Below, one piece after another: positions 10,872-20,931 of a DNA stretch of 64,000 nucleotides (position 1 is the stretch's first letter; each line of letters opens with the position of its first letter). The notes beneath the pieces are model-generated. The model had not been told where the DNA came from. It searched no databases and saw nothing but the letters and a program-made list of their open reading frames with translations. This stretch comes from Caecitellus pseudoparvulus. Taxonomy: Eukaryota > Protista > Bigyra: Bicosoecida. The stretch lies in assembly GCA_965644315.1 (NCBI GenBank), contig CBFFRQ010000067.1, positions 62,001 to 126,000 of the forward strand, written 5' to 3'. A program made the translations under genes and the position numbers.

Positions 10872-12100
10872 ATGGCAGGCGCGGATCCAGGAGCTGATGC
10901 AGGCGACACGCAGGCTGAGAGGGATGTTTGTTCAAGCTTGGCGGCCAGCACTGGACATCAGGGCACTGATGGCACGACCGATGCACCCTCATGCAGCTCT
11001 GGCTTTCAATCAGTGCGTGAGCAGTGTTGACGTTAGGGAGGAGGGTGGCTTGCAGAAGTGATTTCCGCACTTCGAGCCCCAACGCACATCGGCAGACAGC
11101 TGTCCCTGGCCTGTGGATATGGAGGAACGCAGTCGGAGCCGAGCGCCTCTCTGCCCTCCTGCACGAGTGCGAGGGCATGCTTGAAGGCGGTGCTTCCCAG
11201 GCGCAGCGGTTTGGGCAGCTTGAAGGCGAGGTGGGTGGCTTCGCCGAGGCACTGGGCAGGGCGGTGCAGGCCTTGGCCGATGGGGAGGGTTTCTCCCAAC
11301 CTGCCGCACAAGGCAAGCCGGTCAAACGACGCAAACCCACTCCGCGGCAGCAATGGAGCAGGTGCCTGTTCAACTGGGCCCACCGCGAACCGGCTTGGGA
11401 CCAGTGCATCGTCAACCGGTATGCAGTGGGGGGAGGCATCACTCCCCACGTGGACCTGCCTCGCTTCCAAGACGGCATTGCTGGAATCACGCTGGTCGGG
11501 CACTGCCGCTTCCGCCTCACACATGTGTCACGGCTGCCAGCAGATCAGGCACCAGCCGTCGCCACTGCCAGTGGACGCAGCGTGTCAGGCTTGCTGCGCT
11601 CAGCTCAGCTGCTGAGCCCCACCCCCAGCACGAGTGTCAGCGAGCCTGACGGGCACAGTGCCGTTGAAGTAGATTCAGCGTGTGTTCAGGGCGCGGCCTT
11701 GTCTGCTTCGTCCAGTGGGAGCGGCAGTGGAGCTGGTGCGTGGCAAGAGGTGCACCCGGGCGAAGCGTGCGTGCCTGGAGAGCTGGAGGTGCGATTGGCG
11801 GCGGGGGATGTGCTCCTCATGTGCGGCCCCGCTAGGTTTGAGTATTGCCACGCCATTCCAGGCACGGAGGTCTCCACTTCCACGGCTGGCGGTGGTGGGG
11901 GAGACACACCGCCTGGCGTTGGGCGTGTTTCGCTCACTCTGCGGCGACTGGCACCCGAGCACTGTGCTGCAGAGCGCCCTGCTTCCCCCAGTGCACGTGT
12001 GCCTCACTACATTTCCTGTTGGGCTGAGGAGCAGGGTGGTACGAAGCGTGCAAAGGCTTTGGCAGGGAGCGACGACGCCACCCCCCCTCGCCACTCTTGA
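10872..12100 (+). CDS. AlkB-family 2OG-Fe(II) dioxygenase
   Basis: VPGLWIW, DQCIVNRY..GGGITPHVD (HxD), GDVLLMCGPARFEYCHAI (distal His) and GRVSLTLR. The probable first exon runs from ATG 10872, with a phase-0 GTGCGT intron from about 11013 to the CAG before TAVPGL. The 5' structure is inferred. Confidence 0.85.
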
Positions 12101-12267
12101 GCGCCCCCCTTGCACTCCATGCCTGCACAGCTAGGAGGAAAATATACTGTTATGCACGAAGTTCACCCGCCTCACGCACATTATGTCGCTCGCACCTCTC
12201 CCACTGCGTGTGAGGTTTACTGCGGCCGTCACGCTTTCACGCGTGGAACTGCAGCCAGTCCGCCCCC

Positions 12268-13237
12268 ATGGCGCACATGGAGGCCACATGGGCAGAGTGC
12301 AAGGTGCAAGCTGAGGAGGCCGAGAGCCTGGTCAAGGCTCGCCTGCAAGCTCTATCTCGCGCAAGCGTTGCCGCTGGAGGGGACGCAGGTGCGCGGCAGG
12401 TGCCGCTTCGTGCCATGCAGTGCAACCTTCAGCCCCTGCCACGTGCGCGCAGAACAAGGCATGTGCGATGGGGAGCCAGGCGAAAGTGCACAGGCAGCCA
12501 AGGACGCTGTGCAGGCTGTGAGTGGCGCGAGGTGAACAGACGCGCCAGCGCTGCGCCACCGTCACGTGGACTGCCACCAACGCAGTACTCTGCCTCCATC
12601 TCCGCCCTGTCGGAGTCACCTGGTGCTGCAGAGAACTCGTTTCATGCAGCCTACGTCCAGCGCTGCCGGGAGGTGCACAGTGACATGGAGAAGCAGCTAG
12701 AGGCTGGCCTGGTAGGTGTCCCGCCGTTTCGTTTGCGTTTCACTTGCTCACCTGCCCCCTCCATCCTGACCCCGTTTTTCAGAGGAGGTTTGAGGAGTCA
12801 AAAGCACGTGCAGCACTGTTTGCCGGAGGTGGAGCAGGCGCATCAGGGGGTGCGCCTGCTCTGGATGCCCTTTCTCGTGAGCGGGAGTCATTGCTGCGCA
12901 GTCACGGCGGCATGGACGAGATGCTGGGGTGCGTCATTGCAGTGCGGGCACATGCTTCCGCATCGTGCAGTGTATTCCACGCCACAAGACCGTCTTGCCT
13001 TGCTCTGTACTGCACAGGCAGGCCTCCAGCACCAGTGAGCGGCTGGCCAGCCAGGGCCGCGCCATCGGCCGTGCAGGAGCTTCCCTCACTCAGTACGTCG
13101 GCATGGTGCCTGGCGTGCAAACGCTCATGAAACGCATCGCAGACCGCAAGACGCGAGATAGCACTGTCCTGGCACTTGTCATCGCGGCGTGCCTCTGCTT
13201 CACCATCTGGTACCTGGCCGCTACACCTTCAGCCTAG
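12268..13237 (+). CDS. GOSR1: Golgi Qb-SNARE Gos1/GS28 (multi-exon)
   Basis: C-terminal RERESLLRSHGGMDEMLG..QASSTSERLASQ..VPGVQTLMKRIADRKTRDSTVLALVIAACLCFTIWYL is the Gos1-type SNARE motif plus tail anchor. The N-terminal helical exon starts at 12268. Confidence 0.85.
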
Positions 13238-13242
13238 CCGCC

Positions 13243-16200
13243 TCAACGGTGTGCCGCCTCCTCCACACCCTCCGCATGCTGCATGCCCTGCCGCGCCAGA
13301 CGGCGCCACCCACCCACAACCAAGGCATTGCGGGCATGCAAGGCCCGGGCCGCGTTGGTGAGGGCGAGTTGGTCTGCCAACGTCGTAGTGCTGGGCACCT
13401 GCCGTACCCACCAGGCGACAAACTCTTCCACTGTCACGGCGCCGCTCGGGTCAGCACAGCCGATGTCTGCGGCCAAGGCGTGCAGGTCCACCACCAGGCC
13501 GTGGTGTGCGGCGTCAGTGTCCCCCTCCTCACCCACCCTGCGCACCCAGTGGGGCAGCTGACGACTGCCGTGGCGATGCCCCACCCCCAGCAACACCAGC
13601 AACGTGCCCAGTTCAGACGCCTCCGCGATGCCGTTGCCGTTGCTGTCCGCGCTCAAAAATGCAAGCGCCAGCGCCACGGGGTCAGTTACGTACCGCAGTG
13701 CCCACGCATACTGCCGTGCGATGTGCCCTTTCATCACACGCAGCAAGTGCTGCCCCGCCGTTCGCCGGGACATGCCGACCACCGCCGCCGGTGCTGCTAC
13801 GGGCACCTCTCGCCGCCCAGCAGGCGTGCCCCGCAGGCCTCCGAACTGCGCTGCCGCCGCACTGTCTGCGCTGGCCTGTGCGAGGCTCCGTGCCACTGAC
13901 GGGCCCCGCCGCTGTGCCAACAGTGCGGCGACGGCGGCGCCACTGCTGCCGGCAGCCTTGGAGCGCTGCAACTGCCCAGAGGCGTCACCCCCCCACATAT
14001 CCCGCAGGGTGACTCGCTCTGGCAGAGGCAGGCGGAGAGTGGCGCCAGGGCCTGGTGAGCGGGGCGGCGTGGACCGCTCGGCGGGCGGTGGCGGCTTGGT
14101 ATGGGCGCCCCTCCGCCGATTCGCCTCCGCCCACACCGCCAGCGCCAACTCCAGCTGGGCAGCGGACGGTGCAGCACTGGAACTGCCTTGCCGAGCAGCT
14201 GATGGGACGAATCGCTGCAGGAATGCCCATGCATGGGCTGGTTGGGCGGGGAGGGGGGGCAGGGAGGCAGCATCCCGGAGGCAGGCGCCCCAATGGAGCA
14301 GCAGCTGCGAGACGGCACAGCGCACGATGACAGATCGCGTGCAGTCTGCCTGGCGCCGCGCCTCCTCCTGGAGCGCCAGCAGCAGCGCCGTCTTGCGCTG
14401 TGGCGGGGCGCCTGCCTCGCCCGTGTCTCCTCGCTGCCCGAAGCCAGTCAAGTGCGCCAGCGCGGTGAGGTGGTCCTCACTGCGCGCAGCATGTACCTGC
14501 CCCAGCAACGCCGCAGCATGGGGCCGCATGCGCAATTTGTGGTGCTGGGCTGGGCGGGGGCCGGGGGCTGGCGCGCCACCTGCCACAGCCGCCCCACTCA
14601 GCGCCTCCTCTGCCAGGTACACCCAGTGCAGGCCTGGAGGCAGCACTGCCAGCTGCAGACGCAGCACAGCCAGGACTGGTGGGGGCGCGACGATGCTGAG
14701 GATGGCTGCTGCCTTGCAGGCTGCGTGGCGATCCTTGTGCCAGGGCAACCACCCGCCCTGGGGAGGTGGTGCCACGGACGCGTTGCCCGTCACGACACGC
14801 AGGCGCTGCTTGGTGCGTGCCAGTTCGCGGCGGAAGACGACTCGGCCCTGCTGCATGCGCAAGGTGTGTTGCTGTGCGCGTGAGGCCTGCCCTTGGTGCT
14901 GGTGCTGTGTGGCCACCCGACCCTGCAGCCACCGTCGTCGAGCTCGCATGGTGCTGTGCACTGCCGCCGTGTGCAGGTCAAGCGTGGCCTTGCCCACCAG
15001 CTTGCTCGCCAGGCAGTGCACTGCGTCCCACTCTGCCTCCGTCACGTGCAGGTCTTGCGCCAGTGCGGCGCGCTTCGCCTCGGAAGGCGTGCTGAGCGGG
15101 AGACCGGGAGTGAGGCCTGGGAGCGCGCCACTGTCGGCGCTGGCCCCACTGCCTGCTCTGCTGAATGGGTCTGCCAGCGCACCAGGATCAGGCGCCCCTG
15201 CTTCCCATGCGGCCAGCCTGGCATGCTCCCGATCCAAGCGGCGCCGCAGCTTGTGTTGCTCCTCCCGCGCCCGCACAGCTCGGATGAGGGAGGTGGCGGT
15301 GTCGGCGGCACGCCTGCGCGACCTTACATCGTGAGAAACCCCCCCACCCTCCTCTTCCTCGCTGAGGGAGTCCAGCCAGGAGGAGTCTGAGTCGGAGCCC
15401 CCCCGAATGACCCGTTGCACGGCAGCAGCGTCGGTCAGCACCAAGCTGTGTGCGCGCAATGCCTGTGTCGATGGCGACTCGCCCAGCCCGGGGGCTGCTG
15501 AGTGCTCCTGCACGGACGAGCTGCCGCGTCCCTGACCACTGCCTGGACGACGCTGGTGCCGCATGACGCTGCGGAACTCAGGGGACTGCAGGAAACCGCC
15601 CATGCGCACTGGCGCAGCTTGCGCGCTCGCCTCCGGACGGGTGTGGGCCACTGCAGCCCGGGCTGCCACCACCGACTCCGCATGGTGCTGCAGCTGCCAC
15701 GCCTTGAACGCCGCCTCGAGCTCTGCACTCCACGTGGCCACCTTGCGGGGGGCCGCCTGGGCGCCACGGTGGCCCTCCACACACCGCGCCGTCATCGCAG
15801 CCGCCTTGGTCCGCAGCTCGGCACGCAGCCCCGCGAGCTGCCGCACGTACTTGTTCCGCTGCAGGGACTCCACGTGCTGCTGCAAGGCGACAAAGTCGTC
15901 CACTGTGTGCTCCAGTGCCCCGCGCTCCTGGGTGCCGGCCGCGTCATGCGACCCGCCGCTGCCCCCGCCTCCCGTCACCGTGCCAGCATCCTGCAACAAG
16001 CCCCCGTCAGCCCACCCATGTGCAACGCAAGACGCATCCACCCTCACCAACTGTACCAGTAGAGCCACCAGCGCCTGGCTACCCTCCAGTAACTGCCGTG
16101 CGAGGTGCGAGGTCGCAGAGGGCACGGAGTCCCGCGCGTTGCTGGCCTTGGGGTGTGGGGCTGGCGTGGAAGGAGCTAAACGTGCAGCATGTGCAGAATA

Positions 16201-16956
16201 CCGTCCATACACTGCAGCTGTAGCGGGCCGTGTGCGAGTTGGCGTGCTCCATGCAGTGCCAGGTGGCAACTGCGAAGCGCTGGCTGGCCTGCTCCGGACA
16301 GGGGGCGACGCAGACGTTGGTGGCGGCTGTGTCTGGGGCACTGCGCGCCTCTGCCGCTGCACAGCCGAGACAGGTCGTGCAGAGGGCCTGTCCCTCGAAG
16401 GGCTCGGTATGGCAGTGCTGTCGTCCCATGCCGGCCGGGTCCTGGCGGCACTGTGGCGCCTGGGCGGAGCTGTTTTCGTGCGGCGCCGTGCAGCTTTTGG
16501 TTGGGCGGAGGTGACGCGCGACTTTCCCCGCTTTGACTTTTGCCGTTTATGTCCTGGTAACAGGTTCACAGTCTGCCGCACTGCAACGTGCTCCTCAGCG
16601 CAGTACGCGGCTCGCATAGCAGCGAGGCGCTTGGCCGAGCCAGGTCGCCTGCGACGCGCTGCGCCACTGACTGTCTGAGCTGAAGGCAGGGCCTTGTGGG
16701 AGGCTGACACGCCCATGGCTCGAAGGGGGGACTTGTGGCCTGTCATGGGACGCTGATGTAGTGAGGGGAGGGATGCTGCGCCTGCCCATGCGCTGTGGGC
16801 ACCAGTTGTGTGGGAGGCTGGCTTGCCGAGCGACGCGATCGGAGACTGGTGCTGTTTCAGCCTCGTCCGTGTGCTGGGCACGACCAAGCCGTGAATTGAC
16901 TGCCCTGACTGGCTCTTGGACATTGTGTGGGATGCGTCTGGGGCAGTAAGGTCCAT
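13243..16956 (-). CDS. Large low-complexity/coiled-coil protein with a C-terminal EF-hand pair
   Basis: Long open frame (13243-17346) with DSNGNGIAEASEL and DPSGAVTVEEFVAWW EF-hand-like loops near the C-terminus. The true start is uncertain (16956 or 16923). Confidence 0.6.
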   Translation of the reverse strand: MDLTAPDASHTMSKSQSGQSIHGLVVPSTRTRLKQHQSPIASLGKPASHTTGAHSAWAGAASLPSLHQRPMTGHKSPLRAMGVSASHKALPSAQTVSGAARRRRPGSAKRLAAMRAAYCAEEHVAVRQTVNLLPGHKRQKSKRGKSRVTSAQPKAARRRTKTAPPRRHSAARTRPAWDDSTAIPSPSRDRPSARPVSAVQRQRRAVPQTQPPPTSASPPVRSRPASASQLPPGTAWSTPTRTRPATAAVYGRYSAHAARLAPSTPAPHPKASNARDSVPSATSHLARQLLEGSQALVALLVQLVRVDASCVAHGWADGGLLQDAGTVTGGGGSGGSHDAAGTQERGALEHTVDDFVALQQHVESLQRNKYVRQLAGLRAELRTKAAAMTARCVEGHRGAQAAPRKVATWSAELEAAFKAWQLQHHAESVVAARAAVAHTRPEASAQAAPVRMGGFLQSPEFRSVMRHQRRPGSGQGRGSSSVQEHSAAPGLGESPSTQALRAHSLVLTDAAAVQRVIRGGSDSDSSWLDSLSEEEEGGGVSHDVRSRRRAADTATSLIRAVRAREEQHKLRRRLDREHARLAAWEAGAPDPGALADPFSRAGSGASADSGALPGLTPGLPLSTPSEAKRAALAQDLHVTEAEWDAVHCLASKLVGKATLDLHTAAVHSTMRARRRWLQGRVATQHQHQGQASRAQQHTLRMQQGRVVFRRELARTKQRLRVVTGNASVAPPPQGGWLPWHKDRHAACKAAAILSIVAPPPVLAVLRLQLAVLPPGLHWVYLAEEALSGAAVAGGAPAPGPRPAQHHKLRMRPHAAALLGQVHAARSEDHLTALAHLTGFGQRGDTGEAGAPPQRKTALLLALQEEARRQADCTRSVIVRCAVSQLLLHWGACLRDAASLPPLPAQPAHAWAFLQRFVPSAARQGSSSAAPSAAQLELALAVWAEANRRRGAHTKPPPPAERSTPPRSPGPGATLRLPLPERVTLRDMWGGDASGQLQRSKAAGSSGAAVAALLAQRRGPSVARSLAQASADSAAAAQFGGLRGTPAGRREVPVAAPAAVVGMSRRTAGQHLLRVMKGHIARQYAWALRYVTDPVALALAFLSADSNGNGIAEASELGTLLVLLGVGHRHGSRQLPHWVRRVGEEGDTDAAHHGLVVDLHALAADIGCADPSGAVTVEEFVAWWVRQVPSTTTLADQLALTNAARALHARNALVVGGWRRLARQGMQHAEGVEEAAHR

Positions 16957-17740
16957 TTCTCTGCCCCCGCACGCACACTGTGTGAGGATCCTTTTTGGGT
17001 TCGAACCCAGCCAGAGCTGGTTGAGTCGCTTTCCTTGCCTGCGGCCCAGTTGAAGGACGCCAAGACAGCAATGGGAGTCGGTGTGGATACGAGGATGTTG
17101 GCTAATGGCCGGGCGTCTCGGCTGGGAGAGTTTTGTGGGGCGCCAAGAGCTCGTCACAGCATGGAAGTGAGTCGTGCCCGCTTGGTCGGCGTGTAGCCAG
17201 CCGATGGGCATGATTATGAGCTTTAAATGACATTGAGAAAGTGGCTGGAGAATGGAAATGAAAGGGATCCGGGATGGACGTCGTCCAGAAGCCAACTGAA
17301 GCTCTTGTGTGGGACAGAGCAGGGAGTGGATTGCTGCCAAATTCACCCCATTGCCTTCAGGAGCACCATGGCCTGTTCAGAGAAATACCCGTGACACAAT
17401 CATGACGAATCCTAATTTTTGATATGCGAATGTTATCAGCCGCCCAAGCATCATCGCAAAACTGCAAGTGCTGCCCGTTCACGAGGTACGTCAAGGCGTG
17501 GTCGGTTGCGGAACTTGCTCCGCAAAAGCTGCACTGCCTCGCACTCACCAGTCCCCTCCTGACACGCCCCACAGGCCTTGCCTCGACCTGCTAGGTACAC
17601 AGCACCACACCTCTGCACACCCATGGTGCGTTGACCGAGTCCACCGACACCGGGGTGTGAGATGCACCACCCTCGCACTATTCGGCAGCGCTTGCGAGAG
17701 GCAAGTGGAAGGGCGAGCGTGTGCTTGACGTGTATGCTGC

Positions 17741-20278
17741 TTGCTGCGCCCTGTGCAGGCGGAGACGAAAGACGCAGGCGCAGCTTCAGGCGCAGGGACT
17801 GCTGAGGCGCCTGCGGGGCCGGACCCTGAGGTGGCGTTGAAGTGCCTGCAGAAGTTGCAGTGTGCTCCAGGGCAGGAGATGAAGCAAGCTCCAGCGCTGC
17901 GTGGCCTGGCAGCACTCGGGGGTGAGAACGTTCCCAAAGTTGATGATGGGGAGAAGACGTCTTTGGAGTTGGCTGACTTGGAGGACTTGCTGAGTGTCGC
18001 AGGTGGTGCTCTTCTGGACCGAGCTGGTGGGCTGAAGGGCCAGCTGCAGCGCCGTGCACTGTGCGATGCGCTGCAGTACCTGTCCTTCCGGTGCTTCAGT
18101 GCTCTGGAGGTGCTGCGGCAAGTGGCGTCAGGGGCGACTGAGGCGAAGGTCCCAGCTGGAGATGCGCTGTGGGGCTCCATTAGGGACGCTTGGGGCAGTG
18201 TGCAGGCGGAGGGGGGGGATCTGGAGGGTGAGAAGCTGGAGGGTGCGTTGGCGGATGTGACGCGTTGGTGGTTGAATTTCAAAGCGGGTCCAGAGCAAAC
18301 GCTAAAAGACCCACCTGAGCTGACCCACGATAAGGCTGGCAAGGAGGCCATGGATGCTGCGATGGAGTCCATGAAGCAGCAGGCCAAGTGGTTGGCTGGA
18401 GAAGGTGCAGGTAAGCTGCGGAGCACAGACGCTGAATCTTCATTACGTGAAGCAGCCTTGGAATCCGAGAAACTACAAGGTCTCCTGAGTTGTGCAAAGG
18501 CGGCTAATCTCAGCAACCTGGATTCTGTGAACGGCATCGATCTCCCACCTAACGTCAAGTGTTTGAACAGCACGGTGGAAGCAAAGGTCTCTGCTCCAGT
18601 GAGCGTCTACTCAACGTTGGGCATCATTGAACCCAATGGACACACAAAGGTGAGCAATGTCGAAGAATGGGCGGGAGATCTGAAAAAGGGTGCGTCCACG
18701 TCCGCGCAAAGCATCGCTGCGGTGAAGAAGGCTGAGCAATCCCGCATTACGCGAGGGCTGCCACAATTGGCGCAAACGGCGCTGCATGTTGCGTTACGAC
18801 ATGGCTGCACCTTTGGTGACTCTGAGGATCCGTTGGGTGCGTCAAGCACAGCTGATTTGCAAGTGCAGTGCGAGCAGTGCTGGCCATTGAGTGCGTTCGT
18901 GAGAAGCGATCCATGGAAAGATGTTGAGCCGGGGCCGAAAGAGCAGTTGTACTTGATGATCCTCGGAGCCTGCGCCGTCGCTGAGGCTTGCAACGTCAGC
19001 CTGCACGGCGTGAGACTGGACAGCTTTGTCATCCAGGGCGTGGCATCTTCCTCCGTCGGAGACCTCGTGGAAACGTTGAGAGGCGGGAAGTGCCACGTGC
19101 TGTTGAGCGCGTGCTCGTCCATTTGGTTGAAACCCAGTGAGGAGGACAGTGAGAGCGGGGCAGCCACTGAAGCCGGTGCGAAGGAGGGCACCAGCGAGGG
19201 CAAGCCTGGTGAACGTTTGATCGCCGTGCTGGACGAAGTGCTGCCAGTGACCCAGCCAATTCCTGCAGTGGCAGACACAAAAGCTAGGCATCGTGGTGGA
19301 CAGGCTGCGGAAGGACAGAAAGATGGTGGTGTCTTCCTGAGCCACGACACTGCAGGGAGCAAAGATTTAGATGATGCACGTGGCTGTTTGACAGGAGATG
19401 GGCGTGCGATCTTCATGGCAGCATATGCCACCGCATTCAAGGAACTTGGCTGTAGTACAAGTCAGATACGGGGGCTAGATGTATCTCTTAAGGAGCTAGC
19501 CGAGAAGAAGGCCGCAGAAGTCGAGCAACAGCGTGCACAAGACACTGCGGCTTTTATCCAAGCCTGCTCCACCGGCGAAGTTGACAAAGTCCAGGAGCTG
19601 CTGGCCTTGAAGGGAGACCGGGCTATCGATGGGCACGCAAACATTGACAAAGCCTTCCAATTGGCTTGTGAAAAAAAGCACAAGGCTGTGGCGGATGTGC
19701 TGTTGAAGCACGTCGGGGACCGCAAGATCCCGAACGGTCAGGCGGCGTATGACAAGGCGTTTGCAGCACCAGCTCCGGCACCAGCTCCAGCCCCAGCACC
19801 GAAGCCAGCTCCAGCTCCAGCTCCAGCTCCAGCCCCAGCTCCGGCACCAGCCCCAGCTCCGGCACCGAAGCCAGCTCCAGCTCCAGCTCCAGCTCCAGCT
19901 CCAGCACCAAAGCCAGCTCCGGCACCAGCTCCAGCCCCAGCACCGAAGCCAGCTCCAGCTCCAGCTCCAGCTCCAGCTCCAGCACCAAAGCCAGCTCCGG
20001 CACCAGCCCCAGCCCCAGCACCGAAGCCAGCTCCAGCCCCAGCTCCAGCTCCAGCTCCAGCACCAAAGCCAGCTCCGGCACCAGCCCCAGCCCCAGCACC
20101 GAAGCCAGCTCCAGCTCCAGCTCCAGCTCCAGCTCCAGCACCAAAGCCAGCTCCGGCACCAGCCCCAGCCCCAGCACCGAAGCCAGCTCCAGCCCCAGCT
20201 CCAGCTCCAGCTCCAGCACCAAAGCCAGCTCCGGCACCAGCCCCAGCACCAGCAGCAGCTGCAGCTGCAGCGAAGTAG
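17741..20278 (+). CDS. Protein with a possible degenerate kinase-like segment, two ankyrin-like repeats and a long (PA)n-K tail; 5' exons unresolved
   Basis: 845-codon frame entered at a TGCAG acceptor near 17759. Ankyrin-like AAFIQACSTGEVDKVQELLALKGDRAIDGH/AFQLACEKKHKAVADVLL, then about 170 aa of Pro-Ala repeats. Confidence 0.7.
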   Translation: MLRPVQAETKDAGAASGAGTAEAPAGPDPEVALKCLQKLQCAPGQEMKQAPALRGLAALGGENVPKVDDGEKTSLELADLEDLLSVAGGALLDRAGGLKGQLQRRALCDALQYLSFRCFSALEVLRQVASGATEAKVPAGDALWGSIRDAWGSVQAEGGDLEGEKLEGALADVTRWWLNFKAGPEQTLKDPPELTHDKAGKEAMDAAMESMKQQAKWLAGEGAGKLRSTDAESSLREAALESEKLQGLLSCAKAANLSNLDSVNGIDLPPNVKCLNSTVEAKVSAPVSVYSTLGIIEPNGHTKVSNVEEWAGDLKKGASTSAQSIAAVKKAEQSRITRGLPQLAQTALHVALRHGCTFGDSEDPLGASSTADLQVQCEQCWPLSAFVRSDPWKDVEPGPKEQLYLMILGACAVAEACNVSLHGVRLDSFVIQGVASSSVGDLVETLRGGKCHVLLSACSSIWLKPSEEDSESGAATEAGAKEGTSEGKPGERLIAVLDEVLPVTQPIPAVADTKARHRGGQAAEGQKDGGVFLSHDTAGSKDLDDARGCLTGDGRAIFMAAYATAFKELGCSTSQIRGLDVSLKELAEKKAAEVEQQRAQDTAAFIQACSTGEVDKVQELLALKGDRAIDGHANIDKAFQLACEKKHKAVADVLLKHVGDRKIPNGQAAYDKAFAAPAPAPAPAPAPKPAPAPAPAPAPAPAPAPAPAPKPAPAPAPAPAPAPKPAPAPAPAPAPKPAPAPAPAPAPAPKPAPAPAPAPAPKPAPAPAPAPAPAPKPAPAPAPAPAPKPAPAPAPAPAPAPKPAPAPAPAPAPKPAPAPAPAPAPAPKPAPAPAPAPAAAAAAAK
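19765..20275 (+). repeat. Coding (CCAGCN)n minisatellite with a 78-bp higher-order unit
   Basis: CCGAAG recurs at 19865, 19943, 20021, 20099 and 20177 (period 78 bp, 26 aa = PK(PA)6PK(PA)5). Confidence 0.9.
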
Positions 20279-20931
20279 CGTTGTGATCGAGGGGGTTCAT
20301 TGAGACCTTCCACTTCAATGCAATGTGGTGTGCGCTGATTCACAATTCGCTGAGGCACACTGCACGTTCTGGCCTGAAACCTGCACCTATCTCTTCAAGC
20401 CTGCGCATTCCCGGAGGCAGAAGATGTCACAAGCGCGACGTGTGCTCCCCTGCACAAAGGCATTAGAACGACATTTGACGTCAGCACGAAGAGCATGGAG
20501 TGTTGGACGAGGCGAAACGGCTTCTAGCCCGGTTCTCGTGCTCATCTGGCCTTGTGGCGCACCACTTACGTAAGCACTGTTGTACCAGCTTACTTCGGTC
20601 TTCACGTGAGCCAGAATACCCGCTGAACTTGGGCATTCTCGCGTGCCCGCATCCTGGTCAGCAAGGGTGGAAACCTGTGTGTAGACAACGCCATCCCCCA
20701 AATTGTCGCAGAAGGCCAGTGTCCACAATCCAGCAGCACACCCAGACACGTGCGATTCGTGCCTTTAGCTTCACGGGCCACATCGCAGAACAAGGCAATC
20801 CCCACTCCTCATTGCACTGCTCCCTTCCTGTTCACCTACTTTTCTGGCCAGGTCACTCACCTGCGCGAAGTTCCTCTGCACACGACAACACCCCGGTGTG
20901 CGAGTTCTGGCCCTTTATCCGAAGTACCCAC

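Noticed and set aside
13604-16678. Long antisense ORFs (576 and 371 aa) and the many similar overlapping ORFs across the window
   Set aside because: They are expected from high GC and few stop codons, have no domain motifs, and lie opposite better-supported genes.
19623-20358. Silk-like (GA)n-F ORF and (LE)n ORF on the minus strand, and a (QL)n ORF in another plus frame
   Set aside because: These are shadow frames of the stop-free (CCAGCN)n repeat. Only the PA frame is continuous with the 845-aa gene.
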